Notes under the pieces: generated by a model
Told to the model about the DNA's origin: nothing
The model's database searches: none
Seen by the model: the letters and a program-made list of their open reading frames with translations, nothing else
Shown here: positions 1-9,978 of the stretch, piece by piece
Position numbering within the stretch: the stretch's first letter is position 1
How the letters are laid out: each line of letters starts with the position of its first letter
Program-made: the position numbers and the translations under genes
Assembly (NCBI GenBank): GCA_964433755.1
Contig: CAYSSR010000005.1
Location: 77,568-141,567, forward strand
Source of the DNA: an uncultured Anaerolineales bacterium
GTDB lineage: Bacteria; Chloroflexota; Anaerolineae; UBA7937; B3-Chlor
Direction of reading: 5' to 3'
DNA: 64,000 bases

Positions 1-1
1 C

Positions 2-1057
2 GATGCCGACAACTTGGCATACGTCGTCGGGGAGCTGCAGACCTACTGTATCACTGAGGCCGCTCGAGACGCAGTCGGCGACGCATTTGAGGTATTCATC
101 GGACCAGCTCTGAGAGGAGCCGAAGGCCAGTTCTTCACTCCAAGAAACGTTGTCAGGATGATGGTGGAGATCCTCGATCCCGATCCTGGAGAGATGATCA
201 TTGATCCGGCGTGTGGAAGTGGAGGGTTCCTGATTGTGGCGCTGGAGCATGTGTGGCAGAAGTTGGAGCAGCAGGCAGAGACCAAGGGCTACGATGAGAT
301 CTGGCTAGACCGCAAGAAGCGAGAGGTTGCGTCCAGGTATTTCAGAGGTATTGAAAAAGACAGCTTCTTGGCCAAGGTGACCAAGGCCTATATGGCCATC
401 ATAGGCGATGGGCGCGGGGGCGTCTTCTGCGACAATAGCTTGGCGCCGCCCGGTGAGTGGCACTCCCAGACCCAGGACGCCATCGAGCTTGGGGGGTTTG
501 ACGTCGTCCTAACGAATCCGCCCTTTGGCACCAAGATTCCCATCAAGGGACGGCATGTGCTTTCACAATTCGACCTCGGCCACAGGTGGAAGAAGAACAA
601 GAGTACGGGGATCAAGGAGAGAACCTCCACGTTGTACGGTTCCCGTCCGCCCCAATTGCTGTTCCTCGAACGGTGCATCCAGTTGCTCAAGCCGGGGGGG
701 AGAATGGGAATCGTGCTGCCCGAGGCGATCTTCGGAATGCCGACGTACGACTATGTGGTGCTTCTTGTGAGGCAGCGAGCGAAGATACGGGGCGTTGTCT
801 CGATGCCGGAAGCCCTTTTCAAGACATCAGGAAAGGGAGGTACTCACACGAAGACGTGTGTTCTCTTCTTAGAGAATACGGCTACGACAGATGATTATGA
901 GATCTTCATGGCCGACGCGAGATGGTGTGGCCACGACTCTCGGGGGAACAAGACGATTCGTGTGGCTGCGGACGGGCAGGAGATTCTCCTCGACGATGTG
1001 CCTTTAGTCACTCAGAGATACAGACAACTGATGGGGCGGTCTGATGAATCGCCATGA
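2..1057 (+). CDS. hsdM: N6-adenine DNA methyltransferase, type I HsdM-like (5' end cut by window edge)
   Basis: The frame is open to the window start. It has AdoMet motif I DPACGSGGF followed by catalytic motif IV NPPFG (gamma-class order) and a QFFTPRNVV motif typical of HsdM-family enzymes. The stop overlaps the start of the next gene. Confidence 0.85.
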   Translation, partial: DADNLAYVVGELQTYCITEAARDAVGDAFEVFIGPALRGAEGQFFTPRNVVRMMVEILDPDPGEMIIDPACGSGGFLIVALEHVWQKLEQQAETKGYDEIWLDRKKREVASRYFRGIEKDSFLAKVTKAYMAIIGDGRGGVFCDNSLAPPGEWHSQTQDAIELGGFDVVLTNPPFGTKIPIKGRHVLSQFDLGHRWKKNKSTGIKERTSTLYGSRPPQLLFLERCIQLLKPGGRMGIVLPEAIFGMPTYDYVVLLVRQRAKIRGVVSMPEALFKTSGKGGTHTKTCVLFLENTATTDDYEIFMADARWCGHDSRGNKTIRVAADGQEILLDDVPLVTQRYRQLMGRSDESP

Positions 1058-2504
1058 TCACCTGGGATACAAGATCCGCGCGTCTCAGATAGTAGGCTCC
1101 ATTCTCGTTCCGAAGTACTACAATCCAGAGATCTCGGAGCGACTACGTGCTCTGTCCACCACCCACCGCCTAGTTCCCATGGCAAGTCTGTTTGAAGATG
1201 GGGTCCTTTCATGCACCACGGGCCATGAGATTGGCAAGATGGCTTACGGGACTGGCTCAATCCCCTTTGTGCGTACCTCGGACATCTCGAATTGGGAGAT
1301 CATTACCAACCCCAAACAAGGCGTGAGCCAAGAGATCTATGATAGCTACGCCGCGAAGCAGGGCGTGCGAGCAGGCGATATCTTGATGGTTAGGGACGGA
1401 ACCTACCTCATCGGCAACTGCTGCTGGGTCACCGAGGCCGACACTAGGATGGTGTACCAGTCGCATATCTTGAAGATCAGAGTCGAGAAGCCAGCACACA
1501 TATCCCCTGAGCTCCTACTCGCTGTGCTGTCGTCACCGGTTGTCCAAGAGCAGGTCAAGGCCAAGCAGTTCACAGCGGACATCATAGACACCCTTGGCAA
1601 TCGATACCTTGAGTTGGTGCTTCCTATCCCGAAGGGCGAAGGAGTGGCAACGAGAATCCGCCGGCAGGTATCGGAAGTCGTCAACGGCAGACTGACGTTG
1701 AGAGAGCGGATTAGGAGAATCCCTCTATGGGCGGAGGGCATCATTAGTTCGCCAGACGACGAGATACCTCCGTCATCCCAAGACGATGATCAGCGGACTG
1801 GTCCCCTTGCTTTTGTGTTGCCGACCAACCAGATCGTCAACGAGATCTTCATCCCACGATACTACAGCCCCCCCATCACGGAGCGATTGCGCCAGCTCAC
1901 GGAGACCCATCAACTGGTGACTATCGCCAGCCTCTCCGAGCAAGGTATCATCGCCCTGGAGACCGGTACCGAAGTTGGCAAGATGGCGTACGGTACCGGT
2001 TCTATACCGTTCATCCGAACATCTGACATAGCGAACTGGGAACTCAAGAGTGATCCCAAGCAGACGGTGAGTGAGGAGTTGTACGAGGATCTCAAGGATA
2101 GGCAGGACGTGCGTGCAGATGACCTCCTATTGGTGCGGGATGGCACCTACTTGGTCGGGACGTCCTGCATCCTCACCGAGTACGACACGCGGATTCTCTA
2201 CTGTGGTGGGCTATACAAGATCCGCATAAGGGACAAGAGCGCTCTGGACCCCTATCTTCTCTTGGCGCTACTCAATACTCCGGTGGTGAAGGGTCAGGTG
2301 CGAGCCAAGCAGTTCACACGCGACGTGATTGACACGCTGGGGAAACGCGTGTACGAGCTCGTGCTCCCCATTCCGAGGGATGCCGAGTTGCGCCAGCAGA
2401 TCGCCACTTCGACCAGGGAGGCGGTTGTCGGGCGAGCTCAGTTGAGAGGCCGAGCAACGCGCCTGGCGCGGGAGGTTGAGGGCCTGGGCAATCCGGCATG
2501 CTAG
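1044..2504 (+). CDS. hsdS: Restriction-modification specificity subunit (HsdS-like) with two similar target-recognition halves
   Basis: Translationally coupled to the methylase (14 nt overlap). Each half has the TRD-like pattern GSIPF(V/I)RTSDI ... RDGTYL(I/V)G ... LVLPIP. The two halves are clearly homologous by eye. Confidence 0.75.
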   Translation: MNRHDHLGYKIRASQIVGSILVPKYYNPEISERLRALSTTHRLVPMASLFEDGVLSCTTGHEIGKMAYGTGSIPFVRTSDISNWEIITNPKQGVSQEIYDSYAAKQGVRAGDILMVRDGTYLIGNCCWVTEADTRMVYQSHILKIRVEKPAHISPELLLAVLSSPVVQEQVKAKQFTADIIDTLGNRYLELVLPIPKGEGVATRIRRQVSEVVNGRLTLRERIRRIPLWAEGIISSPDDEIPPSSQDDDQRTGPLAFVLPTNQIVNEIFIPRYYSPPITERLRQLTETHQLVTIASLSEQGIIALETGTEVGKMAYGTGSIPFIRTSDIANWELKSDPKQTVSEELYEDLKDRQDVRADDLLLVRDGTYLVGTSCILTEYDTRILYCGGLYKIRIRDKSALDPYLLLALLNTPVVKGQVRAKQFTRDVIDTLGKRVYELVLPIPRDAELRQQIATSTREAVVGRAQLRGRATRLAREVEGLGNPAC

Positions 2505-2697
2505 GGTGTCGATCCGGTTCGAGACTACGTTGGTTGCCGCCAAGTGTCCCTAGCTGCCCAGTGGCTCCGCTAGCACTCGTGCCTTGCGATCCTGCGTCGT
2601 TCTGTTGGGCCGGTATTACCCCAGCAAACGTGTGCGTCGACCGGGGCTACGGCTCAAGCCGGTGGTTGGCGAGACCGCGGTGCTGGCGGGAGACGGG

Positions 2698-3423
2698 TTG
2701 GTTGGCTGCACTGTGAAGAACCAATACTTCGGTGACATCAACGACTACAGGAAGTATGGGCTACTGCGCGCCCTGACCAACCTCGGTGAGATCAAGACCG
2801 CCGTCTGCTGGATGCTCACACGCGACGATGGACGCGGCGACGGTGGGCGTGTCGGGTATCTGTTGCAGCCTGCGAAGTGGCGTGAACTGGACTCCCAACT
2901 CTTCGACTATCTAGGAGAGGTGGTCCTGCGCCGGGGCGTGCGGAACGTCGCCGAGATCGAGAACTCGGACATCCTGCCCTCGTGTGAGTTCCTCTCCGAC
3001 ATCGTCCCGGACGACGAGGAGGGCCGCGAAGCGTACTTCCAGCGCTTGACGGAGCTGGCTAGAGGCTGCGATCTGGCCTTCTTCGACCCGGACAACGGGA
3101 TCGAGGTCGAGTCCAAGCCTTATGGTCGCCGGGACTCTTCCAAGTACCTCTACTGGCACGAGATAGAGCGCTTCTGGAACGCCGGTCACTCCTTGCTCAT
3201 CTACCAGCACTTCCCCAGAGTTGAGCGCGCCTCCTTCATCGAGGGCAGGGCGCGCGAACTGATGCGGAGCACTGGGGCCCCGGAGGTGATCTCCTTCCGT
3301 ACCTCCCATGTGGTGTTCTTCCTGGTTCCTCAGCGGAACCGTGTGCACTGCTTCCGCCAGCGCAGTGAAGAGGTCGCCAGCCGCTGGGGCCACCAGATCC
3401 GGGTTGCTTACCACGCTCCGTGA
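2698..3423 (+). CDS. Hypothetical protein, third gene of the M/S cluster (candidate nuclease or effector; function unknown)
   Basis: Long ORF with protein-like composition, same strand, followed by a strong terminator hairpin. Contains motifs YFGDINDYRKYGLL and FFDPDNGIE that I cannot place in a named family. The start is uncertain (TTG 2584, TTG 2698 after GGGAGA, or GTG 2713). Confidence 0.6.
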   Translation: MVGCTVKNQYFGDINDYRKYGLLRALTNLGEIKTAVCWMLTRDDGRGDGGRVGYLLQPAKWRELDSQLFDYLGEVVLRRGVRNVAEIENSDILPSCEFLSDIVPDDEEGREAYFQRLTELARGCDLAFFDPDNGIEVESKPYGRRDSSKYLYWHEIERFWNAGHSLLIYQHFPRVERASFIEGRARELMRSTGAPEVISFRTSHVVFFLVPQRNRVHCFRQRSEEVASRWGHQIRVAYHAP

Positions 3424-3442
3424 CCCGCCAGTCGATGTCGTA

Positions 3443-3465
3443 GGGCCGGGTCTCAGACCCGGCCC
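3443..3465 (+). terminator. Hairpin terminator after the M/S/unknown cluster
   Basis: Perfect 10 bp GC-rich stem gggccgggtc / gacccggccc with a 3 nt loop, 20 nt after the stop codon. The downstream T-run is weak. Confidence 0.6.
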
Positions 3466-3485
3466 TGGATAGTTTCGCTGGTTGC

Positions 3486-3514
3486 TTGACCTTTTGTTCG
3501 CTTTGTTCTATACT
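3486..3514 (+). promoter_or_regulatory. Sigma70-like promoter upstream of argG
   Basis: TTGACC, 17 nt spacer, TATACT, about 150 nt upstream of the argG start. Confidence 0.6.
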
Positions 3515-3665
3515 ACGCACCAATACCCGGCCGGTCTGGGAGAATCCGGCCAGTTTTGTAGTGGACAGGTAATGAGGATGAGCCAGTATCCAGGAAGGCG
3601 ACGAGGGCGCGGCGCCGCGCCTGTCAAGAGCTTGACACCATCGCCAACACAAAAACACTTCAGAG

Positions 3666-4937
3666 GTGAAGAAGGTGGAGAACAAGAAGCTGGTACTGGC
3701 TTACAGCGGAGGTCTCGACACCTCCGTTCTACTCAAATGGCTCCTTAACGAAGGATACGACGTCATCTGCTTCGTGGGTGACGTCGGCCAGGTCGACGAC
3801 TTCGCCGCGGTCGAGAAGAAGGCCCTCGAGACCGGAGCGTCCAAGGTCTACGTCGAAGACCTGCGGAAGGAGCTCGTCACCGACTACATCTTCCCCGCGC
3901 TCGGTGGGAACGCCATCTACGAAGGTCGCTACCTGCTGGGAACCTCTCTGGCCAGACCTCTGCTGGCCAAGGCGCAGGTGGAGATAGCCGAGAAAGAGGG
4001 TGCGGCGTACGTCGCCCACGGATCCACGGGCAAGGGCAACGACCAGGTGAGGTTCGAGCTCGCCTACTATGCCCTTAACCCCGAGATCAAGGTCGTCTCT
4101 CCCTGGAAGGACCCCAAGTTCCTGGCCCAGTTCGAGGGCAGGAGCGATCTCTTGGAATACGCCAAGGAACACGGCATCCCCGTCAACGCCACTGCGGCCA
4201 AACCATACAGCGAAGACGACAATCTCATGCACATCAGCCATGAGGCGGGCGTGCTGGAGGATCCGATGTACCGTCCCGACGAGAACGTCTTCACCCGGAG
4301 CGTCTCTCCCATGGAGGCCCCGGACGAGGAGACGATCATCGAGATCCACTTCAAGGATGGCGTCCCGGTGAAGGTCGTGAACCAGGACGACGGGACGACG
4401 AAGACCGATCCGTTGGAGCTGTTCCTGTACCTCAACGAGCTGGGCAGCAAGAACGGTGTGGGTCGGGTGGACATGGTGGAGAACAGGTTCATCGGCATCA
4501 AGTCCAGGGGGGTGTACGAGACTCCCGGGGCAACGATCCTCTGGGCAGCCCACAGGGACCTGGAGGGCGTGGCCATGGACAAGGAAGTGATGCACCTCAG
4601 GGACATGCTCATTCCCAAGTTCTCGGAGTTGATCTACAACGGGTTCTGGTTCTCCCCGGAGATGGACTTCCTGATGAGCGCCTTCAACAAGAGCCAGGAG
4701 GTCATCGACGGTAGGATCGTGGTCTCCTTGTACAAGGGCAACGTGACCGTCGTCGGACGCGAGTCCCCGACCTCGCTTTACGACCAGGATCTATCCAGTA
4801 TGGAGGTGGAGGGCGGGTTCGACGCCACCGATTCGCTGGGGTTCATCCACATCAACGCCATCAGGCTCAAGGCCCATAACATCGTGCTGCGAAAGAGAAG
4901 GCCGTATGACTGGAGACAAAAGCGAACCGAGCGATAG
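3666..4937 (+). CDS. argG: Argininosuccinate synthase
   Basis: N-terminal ATP-pyrophosphatase signature [10 protein letters not shown], an [15 protein letters not shown] motif, and typical length. An alternative GTG start at 3675 has a better-spaced GAGG. Confidence 0.95.
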   Translation: MKKVENKKLVLAYSGGLDTSVLLKWLLNEGYDVICFVGDVGQVDDFAAVEKKALETGASKVYVEDLRKELVTDYIFPALGGNAIYEGRYLLGTSLARPLLAKAQVEIAEKEGAAYVAHGSTGKGNDQVRFELAYYALNPEIKVVSPWKDPKFLAQFEGRSDLLEYAKEHGIPVNATAAKPYSEDDNLMHISHEAGVLEDPMYRPDENVFTRSVSPMEAPDEETIIEIHFKDGVPVKVVNQDDGTTKTDPLELFLYLNELGSKNGVGRVDMVENRFIGIKSRGVYETPGATILWAAHRDLEGVAMDKEVMHLRDMLIPKFSELIYNGFWFSPEMDFLMSAFNKSQEVIDGRIVVSLYKGNVTVVGRESPTSLYDQDLSSMEVEGGFDATDSLGFIHINAIRLKAHNIVLRKRRPYDWRQKRTER

Positions 4938-6117
4938 GCCCACAAAACTGTGGGAGAAAGGCTACCGCCTGGAGCGTGAGGTGGAGGAGTTCACGGTCGG
5001 GGAGGATTACCTCCTCGATCAACAACTGGTCAGGTACGACTGCCTGGCCTCCATCGCCCACGCTACGATGCTGGGTCGGATCGGCGTCCTCGAGGAACAA
5101 GAGGTCCAGAGCCTGGTCGACGAGCTGAACACGATCATTCGGCTCGACGAGGAAGGCGAGTTCGAGGTCTTGCGGGAGCACGAGGACTGCCACACCGCCA
5201 TCGAGAACCACCTCACGCGGGAGTTGGGAGAATCGGGCGAGAAGATCCACACCGGCAGGTCGAGAAACGATCAGGTGTTGGCTGCGCTCAGGCTGTACTA
5301 CAAGGAAGAGCTGGGGCGGTGTAAGGGCCAGATCTCTGAGCTGGTACACAGCATCCAGCAGTTCGTGGCCAGAGACGGAGAGGTAGGCCTTCCTGGTTAC
5401 ACGCATACCAGGAAGGCCATGCCTTCCTCGATCGGGCTATGGGCGGAATCCTTCGTCGATTCGATGCGGGACAATCTGCGGCAGATCGACGTTGCCCTGG
5501 AGTTGATCGACCAATCCCCCCTGGGCACAGGGGCTGGCTACGGCGTGCCGCTGGACCTGGATCGGGAGCATGTCTCGGAGCTGCTGGGGTTCGCCAGGGT
5601 ACAGGAGAACCCCGTCTATGCCCAGCACAGCAGAGGCAAGTTCGAGGCGACCATCCTCCACGTGCTGACGCAGGTGCTGCTGGACCTCAACAGGATAGCC
5701 AGCGATCTGATCGTGTTCAGTATGCCGGAACTGGGTTACTTCGAGCTGCCAGAGGAGCTGTGCACCGGGAGCTCCATCATGCCGCAGAAGAGGAACCCCG
5801 ATGTGCTGGAGTTGGTGAGAGCCTGCTACCACCTGGTTCTGTCGTACGAGTTCCAGGTCAAGGGCACCATCGGCAACCTGCTCTCTGGCTACAACCGCGA
5901 CCTGCAACTGACCAAAGGTCCCACCATGCGAGGGCTCCAGACCACACAGCAGTGCCTGTCTGTGATGGCGCTGGTGTTCGAGAAGCTAGGCGTCAACGAA
6001 GAGCGATGCAGGGCTGGTCTCACCGACGAGGTCTACGCCACAGAGAGAGTGTACGAGCTGGTCAAGAAGGGCGTGCCCTTCAGAGAGGCCTACAGGCGGG
6101 TCAGTGGCAAGTCGTAG
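4906..6117 (+). CDS. argH: Argininosuccinate lyase
   Basis: Fumarate-lyase family signature [12 protein letters not shown], a TGRSRNDQV motif, and a position immediately after argG (32 nt overlap if the ATG at 4906 is used). Confidence 0.9.
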   Translation: MTGDKSEPSDRPTKLWEKGYRLEREVEEFTVGEDYLLDQQLVRYDCLASIAHATMLGRIGVLEEQEVQSLVDELNTIIRLDEEGEFEVLREHEDCHTAIENHLTRELGESGEKIHTGRSRNDQVLAALRLYYKEELGRCKGQISELVHSIQQFVARDGEVGLPGYTHTRKAMPSSIGLWAESFVDSMRDNLRQIDVALELIDQSPLGTGAGYGVPLDLDREHVSELLGFARVQENPVYAQHSRGKFEATILHVLTQVLLDLNRIASDLIVFSMPELGYFELPEELCTGSSIMPQKRNPDVLELVRACYHLVLSYEFQVKGTIGNLLSGYNRDLQLTKGPTMRGLQTTQQCLSVMALVFEKLGVNEERCRAGLTDEVYATERVYELVKKGVPFREAYRRVSGKS

Positions 6118-6212
6118 GCCACTGCTGGTGGATTGGCGGCGAGACGCGGTTCGAGGGCAGCCTGAGCTAGAGCTTCGCGGCCAGCCTCGGCGCTGTTGGA
6201 GAGAGTAGGCTG

Positions 6213-6980
6213 ATGGGAGTGCTGGGCGTACTAACTTGCGAGGTGCTGGAGTTGGAGTTCGCGCACCTGCTGTGCGCCGACGGGGACATCGGCCGGCTCA
6301 CGGTGCTGGACGACGGACGATCAGCGCGCTTGCTGTCGGCGCTGGACGGTTCCAGAGACGGAGACGTAAGGCGCATCTCCGCCCTTGAAGAGTTCGCCCC
6401 TGACGGTGGAAGCCAGCCAGAGGTCCTGATCCGCGTGCTGGAGCTGGGGCTGCACGTCTGGCCGAAGAAGCTACGTGACGCCCTGGTGGAAGCAGCGCGG
6501 GAGATGGGCGAGCACGTCGATGCGCTGTTGCTGGGCTACGGACTCTGCGGCAACGCCCTTGAGTCGCCCAGGGAGCTTCTGTCGGATGTAGGTGTTCCGG
6601 TCTTCTCGCCTATGGACCAGGATCATCCGGTGGACGACTGCGTGGGACTGCTCATCGGCGGGCGTGAGCGCTACTACGCAGAGCAGTGCAAGGTGGCAGG
6701 GACGTTCTTCATCACGCCGGGGTGGGCCCACCATTGGCGCCGCATGTTCGAGCGCGAGATGGGCGGCATGAGCGTGGACCTGGCGAGACGGTTGTTCGAG
6801 CACTACGAGCGCACCCTGTTGATCTCCAATCCGGTGACCTCGGATCAGGAGATGCGGGAGAGTATCCGCGAGTTCGTCGACACGTTCGGCTTCCGGGTCG
6901 AGACCTGCGCCGGCACCATGGATATCCTCGAGCGGACCTGGGAGGAGGCCAAAGGCTCGCTGTCAGCCCAGGTCGGCTGA
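6213..6980 (+). CDS. Hypothetical protein, possibly DUF1638-like
   Basis: Protein-like ORF. The N-terminal pattern LTCEVLELE resembles DUF1638 proteins as I remember them. Unverified. Confidence 0.5.
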   Translation: MGVLGVLTCEVLELEFAHLLCADGDIGRLTVLDDGRSARLLSALDGSRDGDVRRISALEEFAPDGGSQPEVLIRVLELGLHVWPKKLRDALVEAAREMGEHVDALLLGYGLCGNALESPRELLSDVGVPVFSPMDQDHPVDDCVGLLIGGRERYYAEQCKVAGTFFITPGWAHHWRRMFEREMGGMSVDLARRLFEHYERTLLISNPVTSDQEMRESIREFVDTFGFRVETCAGTMDILERTWEEAKGSLSAQVG

Positions 6981-7254
6981 GCTGTCCCTCCTGCTCGTGG
7001 CAGCCCCCGATCGTCCACGATTGGATCTGGGCCACGCCTTCATTCTCCAGTAGTATCCCTCAGCCCCGCCGGACGTGCGCCTTGTCCTTGCACTCTTCGG
7101 CTTGCAGGAACCAGGTGCCGACACCGGTGGTTCGCGTGGTGTGATCTCGACAGAAGGCTTGTCGTTTGGCGTTCCGTGTCGTACAATAGCGGCGGAGCAG
7201 TGGTGACGGCGTCTGTCTGGTGGAGGAGCATGACAAAGCGCAGAGGAGGCTGAA

Positions 7255-7770
7255 ATGGAACGCAGACGTAGGTCGAGTCTGGCGGGTGGAATCCTGCTCA
7301 TCCTGATGGGGGCCTGGTTCGCGGCCCTGCAACTGGTGCCGGAGTTGGGAGACTGGATCAACATCGAGTTCACGTGGCCCCTGATGATCGTCGCCGTAGG
7401 TGTGATCCTGCTCGTCGTTGGTCTGATCATCGCCGTGCCTGGATTGGCTGTCGCGGCGTGTGTCGTCGGCGGTGTGGGGGCCATACTGTACTGGCAGGTG
7501 GTCACCGACGGTTGGGTCACTTGGGGCTTCGCCTGGGCGCTGATCCCTAGCTTCGTGGGTCTAGGCGTCCTCGTTTCGAACATCCTGGAGGGGCGCACGG
7601 CCAAGGGCATAAGTGAAGGGGGCTGGCTGATTTTCTTCGGCATAGTGCTGTTCTTCATCCTTGGCGCAGCCTTCGGGTCGCTGGGCTGGCTGAGTCCCTA
7701 CTGGCCGCTTCTCGTGGTGGCCATTGGGTTGCTGATGGTGATCCAGGGGCTGCTGCGGCTGCGCCGGTAG
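7255..7770 (+). CDS. Small integral membrane protein (about 5 TM segments)
   Basis: GAGGAGG RBS, strongly hydrophobic segments throughout, basic N- and C-termini. Confidence 0.65.
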   Translation: MERRRRSSLAGGILLILMGAWFAALQLVPELGDWINIEFTWPLMIVAVGVILLVVGLIIAVPGLAVAACVVGGVGAILYWQVVTDGWVTWGFAWALIPSFVGLGVLVSNILEGRTAKGISEGGWLIFFGIVLFFILGAAFGSLGWLSPYWPLLVVAIGLLMVIQGLLRLRR

Positions 7771-7810
7771 GCTGGAGTGCGGTGTCCGGCTGAGAGTGGA
7801 GGGAGGAATC

Positions 7811-8620
7811 ATGAGACGGATAGCACTGGTTGCCGGCGTGATCCTCATCGTGGTGGGCGCGGTGGGCGTCCTCGATGCCCTGGGAGTGGTCCGCGTCTCC
7901 ATCTGCGGCCTGTTCTGGGCCGGGCTCTGGATCGGGCTGGGTGTGTGGATCGTCTGGGGTGCGCTGGCGAAGGAGCCTGCGACTGAACTGGAGGAGGCTT
8001 CCATCCCACTGGAGGGCGCGACCAGCGCGCGCATCAGCATCAGCCACGGGGCGGGACGCTTGCAGATTGGCGGGGGTGCTGAGCCTGGCGCGCTGGTTCA
8101 GGGCACGTTCGCCGGAGGCTTGATTCATGATGTAAGCAGGCAGGGCGAGGTGCTGGACGTCAAGATGCGCGTGCGGGGCGAGGGGATGCTGATGGTTCTC
8201 CTTCCCTGGAAGTGGGCCAGGTTCCGCGGAGCGGCGTGGACCATGAAGATGACTGAGAACACCCCCCTCACGCTGAAGATCGAGGGAGGCGCGAGCGAGA
8301 ACTTGCTGGATCTGGCAGATCTTCAGGTGAAGGAGCTGGAGATCGAGACGGGGGCCAGCTCCACGAAGTTGACTCTGCCTGCGAGGGCGGGTCACACCCG
8401 GGCCAGCGTCGGCTGCGGAGCGGGAGCGGTGGAGGTGCGGGTGCCCTCCGGCGTGGCGGCTCGTGTACGGGTCCAGAGTACCCTGGCGGAGGTGAAGGTC
8501 GACCGGAGACGCTTCCCCATGTCGAGCAGAGGGGTCTACGAGTCGCCGGACTACGAAACGGCAGCCAACAAGGTGGATCTGGTCGTGGATGCCAACCTTG
8601 GCTCTGCGGATGTGCACTAG
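7811..8620 (+). CDS. Membrane-anchored protein with beta-rich C-terminal domain (LiaF/DUF2154-like, tentative)
   Basis: ATG at 7811 preceded by GGAGGGAGG. Two N-terminal TM helices are followed by a repetitive beta-strand-like domain ending in DLVVDANLGSADVH. Confidence 0.6.
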   Translation: MRRIALVAGVILIVVGAVGVLDALGVVRVSICGLFWAGLWIGLGVWIVWGALAKEPATELEEASIPLEGATSARISISHGAGRLQIGGGAEPGALVQGTFAGGLIHDVSRQGEVLDVKMRVRGEGMLMVLLPWKWARFRGAAWTMKMTENTPLTLKIEGGASENLLDLADLQVKELEIETGASSTKLTLPARAGHTRASVGCGAGAVEVRVPSGVAARVRVQSTLAEVKVDRRRFPMSSRGVYESPDYETAANKVDLVVDANLGSADVH

Positions 8621-8697
8621 GTTTGTCGATTCTCTGGGGTGTGAGGCTAGACACGGTTGTGTGGATGGACAGCAGTCGATTCGTTGGAGGAACCTAG

Positions 8698-9135
8698 ATG
8701 AGTGTGGTTGAGCGGGCTCTGTCGACTTTCGACGAGGGATACAATTGCTCGCAGTCGGTGTTCTCGGCGTGGGCGTCGGAACTGGGACTGGATCGGGAAT
8801 CAGCCTTGAGAGTGGCCACCGCCTTTGGAGGCGGCATGGGACACAGGGGAGACACTTGCGGCGCGGTCACCGGGGCTTTCATGGCTATAGGGTTGAAGCA
8901 CGGGAGGCTCAGGGCAGACGACGAGGAGACCCGGGACCTGGCCTACAGCCTGGTGAACCGGTTCGTGGAGGAGTTCGAGTTGCGTCACGGTTCGGTCGTG
9001 TGCAGGGAGTTGCTGGGGTTCGACCTGAGCACCCCTGACGGGGAGCGACTGGCTGAGGAACGATGGCCAGACGGTATGCCCTGTAGGGGATTGGTAAAGG
9101 ACGCCGCGGAGATCCTGGAGGAGCTACTAGCATAG
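8698..9135 (+). CDS. C_GCAxxG_C_C family protein
   Basis: Diagnostic pattern GYNCSQSV ... TCGAVTGA ... VCRELL, and the typical length of about 145 aa. Confidence 0.8.
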   Translation: MSVVERALSTFDEGYNCSQSVFSAWASELGLDRESALRVATAFGGGMGHRGDTCGAVTGAFMAIGLKHGRLRADDEETRDLAYSLVNRFVEEFELRHGSVVCRELLGFDLSTPDGERLAEERWPDGMPCRGLVKDAAEILEELLA

Positions 9136-9196
9136 GAAAGTCCACAAAGATCACCGCGCACAGGTTGGGTGATCGTGGCAGCAGGGCGGTTGAGGC

Positions 9197-9958
9197 GTGA
9201 CAGATCGAGAGCAGAGCGTTACCACAGATTTCGGGTACCAGCAGGTCCCCGTCGAAGAGAAGGCAGGGCTGGTGAGTGCCATCTTCGACTCCGTGGCCAG
9301 CCGATACGACGTGCTGAACGACGTGATGTCCTTCGGTGTTCACCGTCTGTGGCGGCGGTTCGCGGTCAGTCTGTGCGAGATACGGCCGGGACAGCGAGTG
9401 CTCGACGTGGCGGGGGGCACGGGCGAGTTCACCGCCCGGCTGGCGCAACTGGTCGGCTCCGATGGCCTGGTGGTGCTGGCTGAGATCAACGAGACAATGC
9501 TGCAACTCGGACGGCGGCGGTTCGACGGGCAGGCAGCCGGAGGGCGTGTGCGCTGTGCCCTGGCCGACGCCGAGAGTCTGCCCTTTGTCGCCGACTACTT
9601 CGACTGTGTTACGATCGCCTTCGGCCTGCGCAACGTTACGGACCGGGAGACGGTCCTGTCTGCCATGCACAGGGTCCTGAAGCCTGGGGGGCCAGCGGTG
9701 ATTCTGGAGTTCTCACATCCTACGGTATGGGGTTTCCTGCCGCTCTACGACTTCTACTCATTCCATATCATGCCCATCGTGGGCCGCATGGTGGTGGGGA
9801 ACGGCGCGAGCTACCGCTACCTGGCGGAGTCGATCCGCGTCCATCCCGACCAGGAGAGGCTCAAGGCCATGATGGAGGAAGCTGGCTTCGAGCGCTGCGA
9901 GTACTTCAACCTGAGCGGCGGCATAGTGGCCGTGCACCGCGGCTTCAAGCCGGTGTAG
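9197..9958 (+). CDS. ubiE: Demethylmenaquinone/ubiquinone C-methyltransferase (UbiE/MenG family)
   Basis: The family N-terminal block FDSVASRYDVLNDVMSFGVHRLWRR, the AdoMet motif VLDVAGGTG, and a C-terminal GGIVAVHRG. Confidence 0.9.
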   Translation: MTDREQSVTTDFGYQQVPVEEKAGLVSAIFDSVASRYDVLNDVMSFGVHRLWRRFAVSLCEIRPGQRVLDVAGGTGEFTARLAQLVGSDGLVVLAEINETMLQLGRRRFDGQAAGGRVRCALADAESLPFVADYFDCVTIAFGLRNVTDRETVLSAMHRVLKPGGPAVILEFSHPTVWGFLPLYDFYSFHIMPIVGRMVVGNGASYRYLAESIRVHPDQERLKAMMEEAGFERCEYFNLSGGIVAVHRGFKPV

Positions 9959-9978
9959 GCGGGGAGTTGGTCTAGTCC

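Noticed and set aside
7655-8617. 320 aa minus-strand ORF
   Set aside because: It is antisense to the membrane-anchored 7811-8620 gene, and the product is Arg/Pro/His-rich.
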